This document shows, piece by piece, positions 1 to 10,535 of a DNA stretch of 64,000 nt. Origin of the DNA: an uncultured Desulfobacteraceae bacterium (GTDB lineage Bacteria > Desulfobacterota > Desulfobacteria > Desulfobacterales > SKZT01); the NCBI GenBank assembly GCA_964478625.1, contig CAYZJH010000001.1, positions 140,588 through 204,587 of the forward strand, in the 5' to 3' direction. The notes under the pieces were generated by a model that was not told the DNA's origin, searched no databases, and saw only the letters and a list, made by a program, of their open reading frames with translations. Position 1 is the stretch's first letter. Every line of letters begins with the position of its first letter. The translations under genes were made by a program, and so were the position numbers.

Positions 1-48
1 TTTTATAAAAACTGAAACATTCTTTCGTTTAAGCTTCAAGTTAAATTT

Positions 49-69
49 GTATCTTAAACTTTAAGATAC
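49..69. repeat. Perfect 10-bp inverted repeat GTATCTTAAA-c-TTTAAGATAC. It could be an operator-like palindrome or the terminator stem of an upstream gene.
   Basis: Read directly: 49-58 is the reverse complement of 60-69. It is followed by ATCTTTTC and lies about 190 nt upstream of the CDS starting at 260. Confidence 0.5.
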
Positions 70-259
70 ATCTTTTCAACCCTGATCATTGATATGGGTT
101 ACTTATTCATCTTTCATTTGACATAAACCAGCAGGACTGATAATCATACTACAATTATTACATCTACAGTTAGCAACCCTCTTCGGTTATGCCTTTTTAA
201 AAATTTAAATACATTCTAATGGTGAAATGTTTATCTTATCCATATGTTAAGGAGAGGTT

Positions 260-814
260 ATGTTGGAAGATTATCCCAAAGAGGTAACTTTACAAGATGG
301 GTTAAAATTTACGCTAAGGCCGATGACCAAATATGATTTTGACGGGCTTTATCGGTTCTTCGTTTCCCTGGCAGAATATGACAGAAAGTATTTGAGAAAT
401 GACACACAAAGTCGTGTTCTCATTGAAAAATGGTGCCGCGAGCTTGATCATGACAAGGTTTTACCTATCTTGGCTGAAATTGACGGTAAAATTATCGCCA
501 ATGCGACACTTCACCGGGAAACGCATGGTTGGTCAAAACATATTGGGGAAATTCGGATGACCATTTCGCCAAGGTATCAGCAGAAAGGTTTAGGGTCTCT
601 TCTGGTTAATGAAATTGTGAAATTAGCAGAAAAAGCCGGATTGGAAAAAATAATGGCTTGGGTGGTAACATCACGGGACTATGTCATCAAGCTTTTCACC
701 CAAAACGACTTTGTGCCTGTTTCAACCCTAAAAAATTATGTAAAAACCATTCATGATGGCAGTTACCAGGATGTTGTTATTTTGGTAAAAGATTTAAAAC
801 CTCTATCGGCATAA
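260..814 (+). CDS. GNAT-family acetyltransferase, resembling the stand-alone GNAT domain of Pat-type protein acetyltransferases
   Basis: 184-aa ORF with AAGGAGAGG RBS. N-terminus YPKEVTLQDGLKFTLRPMTKYDFDGLYRFF. Acetyl-CoA P-loop-like QQKGLGSLLVNEIVKLAEKAG. Paralogous to the ORF at 2064. Confidence 0.75.
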   Translation: MLEDYPKEVTLQDGLKFTLRPMTKYDFDGLYRFFVSLAEYDRKYLRNDTQSRVLIEKWCRELDHDKVLPILAEIDGKIIANATLHRETHGWSKHIGEIRMTISPRYQQKGLGSLLVNEIVKLAEKAGLEKIMAWVVTSRDYVIKLFTQNDFVPVSTLKNYVKTIHDGSYQDVVILVKDLKPLSA

Positions 815-837
815 TCAGCATTTTGAGGAGATAAGAC

Positions 838-2031
838 ATGAGGGAAGTAGTGATTGCAGGTGCTGTGCGTACGCCCATTGGCGTCTTTGGAGGGTCATTG
901 AGGGATACGACCGCAGTTGAACTCGGCGGTCTGGTCATAAATGAAGTATTAAAACGAGTTAAAATCAGGCCTGAGAAAGTGGACGAAGTCATCATGGGGA
1001 ATGTGCTTCAAGCAGGATTGGGCCAGAATCCGGCCAGACAAGCTGCAATTCGTGCAGGAATCAGCCAGCATATCCCATCTTTTACAATCAATAAAGTTTG
1101 CGGTTCCGGGATGAAAGCAGTCACTTTGGCGGCTCAGGCGATAAAGGCCGGTGATGCCGATATCATTGTTGCAGGGGGTATGGAAAACATGAGTGAGGCC
1201 CCATACGTGCTGCCTCATTCTCGTTGGGGACACCGAATGGGCCATGACCAGTTGATCGATGTTGTGATTCAAGATGGCCTCTGGTGCTCTTTCGGCCACA
1301 CACACATGGGAATCACTGCTGAAAACATTGCTGACAAATTTGGTTTCAGTCGCCAGGATCAGGATGAATTTGCTGCAAAAAGCCAGCAAAAAGCAGAAGC
1401 CGCAATCAAATCAGGGCGGTTCAAAGATGAAATTGTTCCCGTAATCATTCCTCAGCGAAGAGGAGAACCGATTCTGTTTGATACGGACGAATTTCCCAGA
1501 TTCGGTACGACTGTTGAAAAATTGAGCAAACTGAAACCGGCTTTCAGAGAAGACGGAACCATTACAGCAGGAAACAGTAGCGGCATTAACGATGGCGGTG
1601 CCGCACTGCTGTTGATGAGTGCCGAAAAAGCATACAAAATGGGTATAAGGCCCTTGGCAAAGATTGTGGCTTATGATTACCAGGGATGTGAACCTGAACT
1701 GATGGGGACAGGGCCTATTTACGCTGTTCGCAGTGCCATCAATAAAGTTCGGGAAAAACTGAAAAAAGATATTGATCTGGTGGAACTTAACGAAGCCTTT
1801 GCGGCTCAAGCGATGGCCTGTCTGCTTGATCTTAATCTTGACCCATCAATTGTAAACGTAAATGGAGGAGCTATTGCCCTTGGCCATCCTATCGGTTGCA
1901 GCGGTGCAAGAATACTCACCACTCTAGTGCATGAAATGGTAAAAAGAGATGCCAAAGTAGGCCTCGCGGGACTTTGTATCGGAGGGGGTCAGGGGATCGC
2001 AACCATCGTTGAAAGATCCTGGTATTATTAG
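838..2031 (+). CDS. Acetyl-CoA C-acetyltransferase (thiolase II)
   Basis: 397 aa with GAGGAG RBS. Thiolase signatures [10 protein letters not shown] (active-site Cys), [39 protein letters not shown] and GLCIGGGQG. Confidence 0.9.
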   Translation: MREVVIAGAVRTPIGVFGGSLRDTTAVELGGLVINEVLKRVKIRPEKVDEVIMGNVLQAGLGQNPARQAAIRAGISQHIPSFTINKVCGSGMKAVTLAAQAIKAGDADIIVAGGMENMSEAPYVLPHSRWGHRMGHDQLIDVVIQDGLWCSFGHTHMGITAENIADKFGFSRQDQDEFAAKSQQKAEAAIKSGRFKDEIVPVIIPQRRGEPILFDTDEFPRFGTTVEKLSKLKPAFREDGTITAGNSSGINDGGAALLLMSAEKAYKMGIRPLAKIVAYDYQGCEPELMGTGPIYAVRSAINKVREKLKKDIDLVELNEAFAAQAMACLLDLNLDPSIVNVNGGAIALGHPIGCSGARILTTLVHEMVKRDAKVGLAGLCIGGGQGIATIVERSWYY

Positions 2032-2063
2032 GACTCAATTCAGCATTCATGCGGAGCTATAAA

Positions 2064-2612
2064 ATGAATCCTAACGAATATCCCAAACATGTCCGCTTAA
2101 AAGATGGAACCGAACTATTAATGAGACCATTGAGAAAAGAGGATGAAAAGGAGCTTCATAATTATTTTTTAAGGCTTCCACACAAAGAAGTCGCCAGATT
2201 AAAACATGATGTTACCGATGCTGAACTCGTCAGCAAATGGATTTATGACCTTGATTACGACATTGTTTTCCCTTTGCTGGCCATGGATAATGATCGTATC
2301 GTTGCCAACGGCACCTTGAAATTTAATTTGGTCGGATGGAGAAAACACCAAGGAGAAATCCGGACAACAGTAGATCCTGAATATAGAGGAAAGGGACTTT
2401 CAACTGTATTGATAGAAAATATGATTGAAATAGCCAAAGCCATGGGGATAGAACAGCTAACCGCGGAACTGGCCCCTACTCTGGATGAAGCTTACTTTTT
2501 ATTCGAAAAGATAGGGTTTAAGGAAGTTGCAGTGCTTAGAAATTTCATCAAAGACCAAGAGGGCAAATACGAAGACCTGGTAGTGATGATTCTTGATTTA
2601 GCCGATGCTTGA
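2064..2612 (+). CDS. GNAT-family acetyltransferase, second Pat-like paralog
   Basis: ORF track starts at 2049. The ATG at 2064 has a GGAG about 9 nt upstream and aligns with the first GNAT N-terminus (YPKHVRLKDGTELLMRPLRKEDEKELHNYF). Contains RGKGLSTVLIENMIEIAKAMG. Confidence 0.75.
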   Translation: MNPNEYPKHVRLKDGTELLMRPLRKEDEKELHNYFLRLPHKEVARLKHDVTDAELVSKWIYDLDYDIVFPLLAMDNDRIVANGTLKFNLVGWRKHQGEIRTTVDPEYRGKGLSTVLIENMIEIAKAMGIEQLTAELAPTLDEAYFLFEKIGFKEVAVLRNFIKDQEGKYEDLVVMILDLADA

Positions 2613-2787
2613 TAATAAATTTCTGTAACAGCTTCAATTATATTATTATTTTTACTTTCTCTCCACTGATTTGACCCCGATATTGCATTGGAATTGACTC
2701 AAAACAATTGGTTTACCGAATCCATCTCCCCATGACCACACCCAGAGGGAATACTTTTTAATCATGCATTTGATCTGCTTCTTCGAA

Positions 2788-2815
2788 TTGACGGCGCTTA
2801 CAAATGGCCCCCTTG
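2788..2815 (+). promoter_or_regulatory. Possible sigma-32-type heat-shock promoter for hsp20-lon
   Basis: TTGACG (2788-2793), 14-nt spacer, CCCCCTTG (2808-2815). Compare the E. coli sigma-32 consensus CTTGAAA-N13-15-CCCCATNT. The downstream genes are hsp20 and lon. Confidence 0.25.
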
Positions 2816-2936
2816 GCATCACAGCCTTTTCATATCTTTTCTTTACAAACCCATGCCAGAATGGTAAATTTTTAAAATTACAGTAGTGAACTAAGAAATA
2901 GTATTCCCTAAAATTTTTAAAACAGGAGCCAGGAAG

Positions 2937-3383
2937 ATGGAATACATCAAAATACGATTTGGGGATGAATTTGATAAAATTGGTTCTAGATTCGAAGAGA
3001 CTCTAGAGGATATGTTTCGTTCGATGGGCCCCATTTTCAGCCTTGCGGACCGCACCTGGAGACCTTCCATGGACATTTATGAATCCGAAGATGACATCAT
3101 TGTCCTTGCGGAAGTAGCAGGTGTCAGCAAGGACTGTCTTGATATTGAAGTTAACAGCAAAGCGATCAAAATATCCGGAAATCGAATTGAAGTTCCTAAA
3201 AGGGACAGCTGTAAATACCGTCTGGCAGAAATTCAGTATGGATTTTTTGAACGAATCCTGATCCTGCCTGCCTATATTGATCCGGATAATGTGGATGCTT
3301 CTTTCCAAGATGGCTTTTTAAAAATTCGATTAATCAAAAAGCCAATTGAAAGAACAATCCAGATCCCCATTGCGGATGAATAA
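2937..3383 (+). CDS. Small heat-shock protein, Hsp20/alpha-crystallin family
   Basis: 148 aa with AGGAG RBS. Alpha-crystallin-domain pattern: RPSMDIYESEDDIIVLAEVAGVSKDCLDIEV ... YGFFERILILP ... DASFQDGFLKIRL. Confidence 0.85.
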   Translation: MEYIKIRFGDEFDKIGSRFEETLEDMFRSMGPIFSLADRTWRPSMDIYESEDDIIVLAEVAGVSKDCLDIEVNSKAIKISGNRIEVPKRDSCKYRLAEIQYGFFERILILPAYIDPDNVDASFQDGFLKIRLIKKPIERTIQIPIADE

Positions 3384-3445
3384 AATTGCCCACTCTCTTC
3401 AATCGGCCTTTTACGCTTACATCAAAATTCATTATGGAGGTTTGA

Positions 3446-5797
3446 ATGACTGACAAAGAAGCTCCTGAAAGTGAAATTCATAAGACAGACATGTCTGAAA
3501 TACTATCTATATTGCCACTTTTTGATGCTACCCTTTTTCCTAAAATGGTGTTACCGCTAGTTGTGATGCAGGGTGAATCCATTCAACTCATTGATGAAGC
3601 CATGAGCAAAAATCGACTTATCGGTCTTCTTGTTTCTAAAGAAAAAGAAATGAAATCGAGTTATACCCGTGAAGACCTTTATGATGTGGGCACCAGCGCT
3701 TTAATCCTAAAAATGGCCAAAACAGACGATAATAAAGCCCAATTGCTTGTGCAAGGATTGAGCCGGTTCAGAGTTAAGGAAATTATAGAAGAGCAGCCTT
3801 ATTTAAAAGTTCGGGTGGAACTTATTAAGGAAAAGGAAGAAAAAGATAAAGAAATTGAAGCTCTTATGAGCAATTTGGTAGGACTTTTTGCAAGGGTGGT
3901 AGAACTTTCACCCGGGCTTCAACCTGAAATCGCAGGCATGGCAAGATCCATCAAGGAAGCAGGTACCTTGGCGGATATGATAACTTCTTCAATCAATTCC
4001 ACTTCGGAAGAAAAGCAGAAAATTCTTGAAACTATCGACATAAAAGAACGTCTTAAAGAAGTTACCCGGTTAACCAATTACCAACTGGAAATACTTGAAC
4101 TCGGCAGCAAAATTCAGACCCAGGTCAAAGGTGATATGGACAAAAAGCAACGGGAGTATTACCTGCGACAGCAGCTGAAAGCAATCCAGGAAGAATTGGG
4201 AGAAAAAGAAGAAGGAACCATAGAAGTTGACGAATACCGCGCCAAAATCGAGGAGAGAAACCTTCCCGAAGAAGCTAAAAAAGAAGCCGAACGTGAACTG
4301 GACAGACTATCAAAAATGCATCCTTCATCGGCCGAATACACCGTTGTTTCCACCTACCTGGACTGGATCACCAGCCTACCCTGGAATGAAACTACCCAGG
4401 ATAACCTCGATATTAAAAAAGCCGAAAAAATTCTTGATGAAGATCACTTTGGTCTTGAAAAACCCAAAAAACGAATCATTGAATATCTTGCAGTAAAAAA
4501 ACTAAAACCTGAATCAAAGGGACCCATATTATGCTTTGTGGGGCCTCCTGGAACCGGAAAAACATCTCTCGGACAATCCATCGCCAGGGCCCTTGGTCGT
4601 AAATTTGTGCGCATTTCCCTGGGTGGTGTCAGAGATGAGGCCGAAATTAGGGGGCACCGAAGAACCTATGTGGGAGCCTTGCCAGGTCGAATCATCCAGA
4701 GTTTGCGCCGTGCCGAGTCTAAAAATCCAATTTTTATGCTCGATGAAATCGATAAGGTTGGAAGTGATTTTCGTGGTGACCCGTCATCCGCGCTTTTAGA
4801 GGTACTCGATCCCGAACAGAATTACTCCTTTCAGGATCATTATCTGGATGTCCCTTTTGATTTGTCCAATGTGATGTTTATTACTACAGCCAATATCCTG
4901 GATACGATCCCGCCAGCTTTAAGGGACAGGATGGAAGTACTTCAGCTTCTTGGATATACCGAGGATGAAAAAATAAAAATCGCTCAACGCTATCTTATTC
5001 CAAGACAGCGGGAAGCACACGGTTTGAAGGCCGGGCAAATCAAATTTACGAAAGGTGCCGTGAAAAGAATTATTAGTGGATACACCCGAGAAGCAGGGCT
5101 GAGAAATCTGGAAAGAGAAATTGCCACCATATGCAGAGGTGTTGCCGCAAAAATTGCTTCGGGAGATGCTGAATCTGTTGAAATCAAAGTTGTCAATGTC
5201 TCCAAATATTTAGGTTCGATCAAAATCACTTCCGAGGCCAAAGCCAGAACCATGACGCCCGGTGTCACCATGGGCCTTGCATGGACACCTACAGGAGGGG
5301 ATCTCCTTTTTGTTGAAGCTACCTCTATGAAAGGTAAAAAAGGACTGACATTGACCGGTCAGCTGGGCGATGTCATGAAAGAGTCTGCTACGGCTGCTCT
5401 CAGTTTTATCAGAGCGAATGTATCCTCCCTGGGAATTGATGAAGACTATTTTGAAACCCACGATATTCATATCCATGTTCCAGCAGGTGCAATTCCCAAG
5501 GATGGTCCATCAGCCGGTGTAACCATGCTCACGGCTCTGGCATCGTTATTAACGAATAAACCTGTTAAAAAAGATTTGGCAATGACCGGCGAAATTACGC
5601 TTCGCGGCCAGGTGCTCCCGGTTGGCGGAATCAAGGAAAAGGTCCTGGCTGCGCACCGAGCCGGTATCAAGACACTGATTCTTCCAAAGTTCAACGCAAA
5701 AGACTTGGAAGATATTCCCAAAAAAGTTCAAAAAGATATTGAATTCCATTTTGTGGACAAAATGCGGGATGTTTTAAAATTGGCTCTGGAAAAGTAG
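3446..5797 (+). CDS. lon: ATP-dependent Lon protease (LonA type)
   Basis: 783 aa with GGAGG RBS. N-terminal LON domain, Walker [10 protein letters not shown], Walker B FMLDEIDK, and the protease serine motif [11 protein letters not shown] with downstream Lys ([10 protein letters not shown]). Confidence 0.95.
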   Translation: MTDKEAPESEIHKTDMSEILSILPLFDATLFPKMVLPLVVMQGESIQLIDEAMSKNRLIGLLVSKEKEMKSSYTREDLYDVGTSALILKMAKTDDNKAQLLVQGLSRFRVKEIIEEQPYLKVRVELIKEKEEKDKEIEALMSNLVGLFARVVELSPGLQPEIAGMARSIKEAGTLADMITSSINSTSEEKQKILETIDIKERLKEVTRLTNYQLEILELGSKIQTQVKGDMDKKQREYYLRQQLKAIQEELGEKEEGTIEVDEYRAKIEERNLPEEAKKEAERELDRLSKMHPSSAEYTVVSTYLDWITSLPWNETTQDNLDIKKAEKILDEDHFGLEKPKKRIIEYLAVKKLKPESKGPILCFVGPPGTGKTSLGQSIARALGRKFVRISLGGVRDEAEIRGHRRTYVGALPGRIIQSLRRAESKNPIFMLDEIDKVGSDFRGDPSSALLEVLDPEQNYSFQDHYLDVPFDLSNVMFITTANILDTIPPALRDRMEVLQLLGYTEDEKIKIAQRYLIPRQREAHGLKAGQIKFTKGAVKRIISGYTREAGLRNLEREIATICRGVAAKIASGDAESVEIKVVNVSKYLGSIKITSEAKARTMTPGVTMGLAWTPTGGDLLFVEATSMKGKKGLTLTGQLGDVMKESATAALSFIRANVSSLGIDEDYFETHDIHIHVPAGAIPKDGPSAGVTMLTALASLLTNKPVKKDLAMTGEITLRGQVLPVGGIKEKVLAAHRAGIKTLILPKFNAKDLEDIPKKVQKDIEFHFVDKMRDVLKLALEK

Positions 5798-5848
5798 TCA
5801 ATGATGTTAAACATTTTCGCCGATATTTTAGGGTAAAACTATTTTTTT

Positions 5849-6622
5849 ATGATCATTATGAAAATATTATACACAAACCGCATCATTGCTGTTCTAATTT
5901 TTGTTATTTTCCTTAGTCTTTCCTTAAATGGATGTTCTTCTAAAAATTCCGTAGGTCCTGTGCCTTTTCCCGAAGGAACCCCAAAACCATACCGGGTAGG
6001 CCAGGAATGGTATCAACCCCTTGCCAGTGTCAGGGAATTTAAGGAACAAGGGGTGGCTTCCTGGTATGGAGAAGATTTTCATGGCAAAAAGACATCGTCT
6101 GGTGAAATTTATGACATGTATGCCATGACTGCCGCTCATAAGATTCTTCCATTGGGAACCTATGTTCGGGTTAAGAATCTGGAAAACAATCGGACGATCG
6201 ATGTGCGTATCAATGACCGGGGACCTTTTGTCCGCGGTCGTATTATCGATCTTTCCTATACCGCCGCAAAAAAACTTGAAATTGTCGGACCTGGAACCGC
6301 AAAGGTAGAAGTTGTTGCACTAGGAACACGTAATGATTCAAAATTCAAAACCTCTGAGCAAATTGTATATAGTCCAATTGATTTTTTTTCAGGAACTTTC
6401 AGTGTTCAGGTGGGTGCTTTTCAGGATCGAAATAATGCGGAACGGCTCAGAAACAATTTGTCATCGATTTACAAGGATACATACATTAGTCCATTTTACA
6501 ACGGAAATGATACGTTTTACCGCGTAAGGGTAGGTCGATTCAGTTCAGTGGATCAGGTTATGAATACTGAAAGGATCTTGGTTGAAAATGGATATTCAGG
6601 AGCTTTTAGTGTTGCAGACTAG
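5849..6622 (+). CDS. rlpA: Septal ring lytic transglycosylase RlpA-like lipoprotein with a C-terminal SPOR domain
   Basis: Lipoprotein signal (LSLNGC). DPBB/RlpA core ASWYGEDFHGKKTSSGEIYDMYAMTAAHKILPLGTYVRVKNLENNRTIDVRINDRGPF. C-terminal SPOR-like FSVQVGAFQDRNNAERL...YRVRVGRF. Confidence 0.85.
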   Translation: MIIMKILYTNRIIAVLIFVIFLSLSLNGCSSKNSVGPVPFPEGTPKPYRVGQEWYQPLASVREFKEQGVASWYGEDFHGKKTSSGEIYDMYAMTAAHKILPLGTYVRVKNLENNRTIDVRINDRGPFVRGRIIDLSYTAAKKLEIVGPGTAKVEVVALGTRNDSKFKTSEQIVYSPIDFFSGTFSVQVGAFQDRNNAERLRNNLSSIYKDTYISPFYNGNDTFYRVRVGRFSSVDQVMNTERILVENGYSGAFSVAD

Positions 6623-6661
6623 CCTTTTCCAATAAAATTTCTCCAATTCCGGAAATTAAAC

Positions 6662-7246
6662 TTGCTTAAAAAAGTCGTTTTTATAGATCGGGATGGGGTA
6701 ATCAATTATGACTCATCAAACTACATCAAAAGTCTTGATGAATTTATTCTGATTCCCGGAAGTCTCTCGGCAATTTCCAAACTATCTCAATATGGATATA
6801 CAGTATTTGTCATAACCAATCAATCTGCTATTGCCAGAAAATTTGCAGATATTAACACTATCAACACCATGCACCAATATTTGAGGGAGTCCGTTCATAA
6901 TGCCGGTGGCCATATTCACAAAATCTATTTTTGCCCTCATCATCCCAATGAAAATTGCCGGTGCCGAAAGCCCCAAACAGGCATGATTGATCAAGCTAAA
7001 GCGGAAAACGATATCGATATAAGCTCTTCGGTCATGATTGGGGATAAACCCAGTGATATAGAATGTGCCAAAAGAGCGGGATGCAAAGGGTCTTATCTTG
7101 TCATGACCGGTCTTAAGAACCCATTGAAAGATGATAAAATGAACCTGTTTCATGGTTTTTATCAAATAGCTAAAACCCTTTTTCATGCGGTAGATTTACT
7201 AATCTATGAGGACAAAACAAAAAACAAATATCCTTACTGTTCTTGA
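6662..7246 (+). CDS. gmhB: D,D-heptose 1,7-bisphosphate phosphatase-like HAD hydrolase
   Basis: TTG start. HAD motif I FIDRDGVIN. GmhB zinc-binding signature CPHHPNENCRCRKPQTGM. Motif MIGDKPSDIECA. Confidence 0.75.
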   Translation: MLKKVVFIDRDGVINYDSSNYIKSLDEFILIPGSLSAISKLSQYGYTVFVITNQSAIARKFADINTINTMHQYLRESVHNAGGHIHKIYFCPHHPNENCRCRKPQTGMIDQAKAENDIDISSSVMIGDKPSDIECAKRAGCKGSYLVMTGLKNPLKDDKMNLFHGFYQIAKTLFHAVDLLIYEDKTKNKYPYCS

Positions 7247-9461
7247 GGGGGAACTTGAGAAAATCACATATCATAACCAACAAACCCATTACACTATTGC
7301 ACGCGTGAAAACACCTGCAGTTGCCCGACCCGTGACAATAGTTGGCTTTTTGGGTGGTATACAACCTGGAGAGACTTTGAAAATCACGGGTGTTTGGGAG
7401 ACACACCCAAAATATGGACAACAGCTTCGGGTCAAATCCTACGAAGTAAAATTACCCGCAACCATTCAGGGAATTAGAAAATATTTTAAATCCGGTATAA
7501 TTAAGGGGGTAGGCCCTCAGCTGGCCGACCGTCTGGTCGATCATTTCGGTGACAAAACCCTTCAAATTATAGAGCATGATTCCCATAGACTAATGGAAAT
7601 CGATGGAATTGGAAAGCGCAAGGCTGCTTTTATAATAGACGCATGGAACAAACACCATATCATGAGAGGGCTCATGCGTTTTTTGCAGGATATGGGTATA
7701 AAAACAGCTCACGGCGCAAAAATTTTTCATACCTACGGGGATCTTTCCCTTAAAATACTTCAGGAAAATCCATATCGACTTGCCGACGACATTCCTGACA
7801 TTGGTTTCCAAATTGCCGATACCATTGCCCGAAAAATGGGAACTGCGGATGATGACCCAGTGCGTGTCAAAGCCTGTATACTGCATGGTCTTGATAAATA
7901 TGCCGATGAGGGTCACACGTTTGCTTTTAAACACCATCTAACAATTCGTTGCGAGCATCTGTTTAAACTATATCAGGACGCGATAAAAGATGGAATCCAA
8001 AGTCTTTCGGAAACCGGTGAGCTTGTCCTGGATAAAATCGTTCCGGAAAAGGAAGATATTCGACATTGCGAAGGAATTGATGATACTGCCGTTTACAAGA
8101 ATTTTATTTACAAGGCCGAATCCGGTATTGCAACAAGAATTGCAGCACTTCTGTCTGCTCCCATTGATTCAAAAGAGGTAGAGATTGACTTTATTCAAAC
8201 TCAAATTCACAATCAACTATCCATTAATTTATCCCCGGAACAACTGGAAATTTTAAATGATTTGTTTTCTCAAAAGGTTGCGATTATAACCGGTGGTCCC
8301 GGAACCGGAAAAACCACTTTGATACGTTCGATAGCAGCAATATTTAAGGCCATGAACAAAATTGTCCGCTTGGGGGCACCTACTGGAAGAGCCGCCAAAA
8401 AACTTGCAGAAGTCACCCATGAAAAAGCAGCCACCATTCACAGACTTTTAGGCTATACTTTATCTAATGCAAAGCCTGAACAATCCTTTGTGGGAAGAGA
8501 TCGAGACAATCCGCTTGAAGCCGATGTCATTATTATTGATGAAGCGTCCATGATTGATACCCTACTGATGTATCATCTTTTAAATGCGATTTCACCTTCC
8601 TCACAGTTGGTTCTAGTGGGTGATGTTTTTCAGCTTCCTTCAGTTGGACCCGGTACCGTATTATCAGATATGATTCGGTCTCAGGCAATCCGGGTTTATT
8701 ATCTTAATACAATTTTCCGGCAGTCCCAAAAAAGTCAGATTGTCGTCAATGCCCACAAGGTGCGCAATGGGGAGTCTTTTCAACTGACTCCTTTTGATGA
8801 AAATGAACCCATCACCGACTTTTATTTTCTTGAGAAAGAAACACCCAAAAGTATCGCTGAATCCATTGTATCCTTATGTACTCAAATTCTGCCTTCTCGT
8901 TTTTCTCTCAATCCGGTTTCAGACATTCAGGTACTCACACCGATGCATAAAGGAGATGCCGGTACCATCAATCTAAATTTAATGCTTCAGGAAAAAATTA
9001 ATCAATCATCCATTCAGATGGAAACATTGGGAAATACTTTCAAACTTGGTGACAAAGTAATGCACCTCAAAAATAATTACCAAAAAGAAGTTTTTAACGG
9101 AGATATAGGAACTATTCATTCAATGGATTTGGACAGAAAAAGACTTTCAGTGGACTATGACGAACGAATCGTAGAATATGAATATGCCGAAACAGATGAG
9201 CTGTCTCTGGCATACGCCATATCTATTCATAAATCGCAAGGATCCGAATATCCCGCTGTAATCTTACCGCTGATGACTCAGCACTATATGCTTTTGCAGC
9301 GAAATGTTCTTTATACAGCAATAACAAGGGCTATAAACCTAGTAATTATAGTCGGAACTCAAAAAGCATTGCATATCGCTCTCAGCAATGATAACCCGCA
9401 GAAAAGACTCTCTGGTCTATCTTTTCGAATTAGTCAAAATGTGAAATGTTTATTGTCATAA
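7206..9461 (+). CDS. recD2: RecD2-type (RecD-like) SF1B ATP-dependent DNA helicase
   Basis: 751 aa. HhH region (GIGKRKAAFII), Walker A GGPGTGKTT, Walker B IIIDEASM, LVGDVFQLPSVGPG, and C-terminal AISIHKSQGSEY...LYTAITRA. Overlaps the gmhB 3' end by 41 nt. Confidence 0.85.
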   Translation: MRTKQKTNILTVLEGELEKITYHNQQTHYTIARVKTPAVARPVTIVGFLGGIQPGETLKITGVWETHPKYGQQLRVKSYEVKLPATIQGIRKYFKSGIIKGVGPQLADRLVDHFGDKTLQIIEHDSHRLMEIDGIGKRKAAFIIDAWNKHHIMRGLMRFLQDMGIKTAHGAKIFHTYGDLSLKILQENPYRLADDIPDIGFQIADTIARKMGTADDDPVRVKACILHGLDKYADEGHTFAFKHHLTIRCEHLFKLYQDAIKDGIQSLSETGELVLDKIVPEKEDIRHCEGIDDTAVYKNFIYKAESGIATRIAALLSAPIDSKEVEIDFIQTQIHNQLSINLSPEQLEILNDLFSQKVAIITGGPGTGKTTLIRSIAAIFKAMNKIVRLGAPTGRAAKKLAEVTHEKAATIHRLLGYTLSNAKPEQSFVGRDRDNPLEADVIIIDEASMIDTLLMYHLLNAISPSSQLVLVGDVFQLPSVGPGTVLSDMIRSQAIRVYYLNTIFRQSQKSQIVVNAHKVRNGESFQLTPFDENEPITDFYFLEKETPKSIAESIVSLCTQILPSRFSLNPVSDIQVLTPMHKGDAGTINLNLMLQEKINQSSIQMETLGNTFKLGDKVMHLKNNYQKEVFNGDIGTIHSMDLDRKRLSVDYDERIVEYEYAETDELSLAYAISIHKSQGSEYPAVILPLMTQHYMLLQRNVLYTAITRAINLVIIVGTQKALHIALSNDNPQKRLSGLSFRISQNVKCLLS

Positions 9462-9473
9462 AAGGATTCAGTT

Positions 9474-10535
9474 ATGCCTAACTCAATTATCACTGCCACC
9501 GGCAGTTATATTCCACCACGAAAAATAAGCAACGACTATTTCCTAAAGCACGATTTTTACGGTGACGATGGAAATAAACTTGAAAGAACCAACACGGAGA
9601 TCATAAAAAAACTTCTCGAAATAACCGGAATTAAAGAACGGCGCTATGTTACCGATGATCAGACTACATCGGATATTGCAAGCCTTGCCGCGGAGAAGGC
9701 ATTGGAAAGTTATGACAGGGAAAGCCTTGATTACATTATTGTCGCACAAAATTTGGGAGAAGTTAGAGCCGAAAATAATCGGGTGGACATTGTCCCCACC
9801 ATTGCATCCAGAGTTAAACATAAACTTGGAATCAAAAATCCCTATACCGTATGCTTTGATCTTCCGTTCGGATGCCCCGGATGGCTCCAGGGAGCAATTG
9901 TGGCCGATTATTTCATCAAATCAGGTGATGCAAAAAGGATCCTTGTCATAGGGGCAGAAGTTCTATCGAGAGTTTCAGACCCTCACGATATTGACAGCAT
10001 GATATTTGCTGATGGTGCCGGCGCAACTCTAATTGAAGCCACCGATGATCCATCAGGAATCATGTGCCATGTCACACGCTCTGATACCTCTAAAGAAGCC
10101 TACCTGTTGCGAATGGGATCCTCATATAACCCAGATCGCAACGGGAATGATCTTTTCATAAAAATGGATGGCCATCTCATATACAAATATGCTGTTCGCA
10201 CAGTACCCATTGTTATCAAAAAAAGCCTGGATAAAGCAGGAATTGATCTGAAAGATGTTAATAAGTTTTTAATTCACCAGGCAAACGAGAAAATGGATTT
10301 GGCTATTGTTAAAAGACTTTTCAAATTATACGACATAGAAGAAATAGATCCAGATATTATGCCCATGATTATATGCTGGTCAGGAAACAGTTCAGTGGCG
10401 ACACTTCCTACCCTTTTAGATTTAATTCAAAGAGGAAAGCTTAAAAATCACAGGTTAAATTCAGGAGATATTATTGTTTTTGCATCGGTGGGTGCAGGGA
10501 TGAATGTTAATTCGATGATTTATCGTGTTCCCTGA
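9474..10535 (+). CDS. 3-oxoacyl-ACP synthase III (FabH-like KAS III family)
   Basis: 353 aa. N-terminus ITATGSYIPPRKISND. Catalytic Cys context FGCPGWLQG, His in FLIHQAN, Asn in SGNSSVATLP. Confidence 0.8.
   Translation: MPNSIITATGSYIPPRKISNDYFLKHDFYGDDGNKLERTNTEIIKKLLEITGIKERRYVTDDQTTSDIASLAAEKALESYDRESLDYIIVAQNLGEVRAENNRVDIVPTIASRVKHKLGIKNPYTVCFDLPFGCPGWLQGAIVADYFIKSGDAKRILVIGAEVLSRVSDPHDIDSMIFADGAGATLIEATDDPSGIMCHVTRSDTSKEAYLLRMGSSYNPDRNGNDLFIKMDGHLIYKYAVRTVPIVIKKSLDKAGIDLKDVNKFLIHQANEKMDLAIVKRLFKLYDIEEIDPDIMPMIICWSGNSSVATLPTLLDLIQRGKLKNHRLNSGDIIVFASVGAGMNVNSMIYRVP

Noticed and set aside
2814-2830. Sigma-54-like TGGCAT upstream of hsp20, and a similar TGGCAC at 62161-62166 upstream of the CarS-like gene.
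   Set aside because: Neither has a GC (-12 TTGC) element at the required spacing from the GG dinucleotide.
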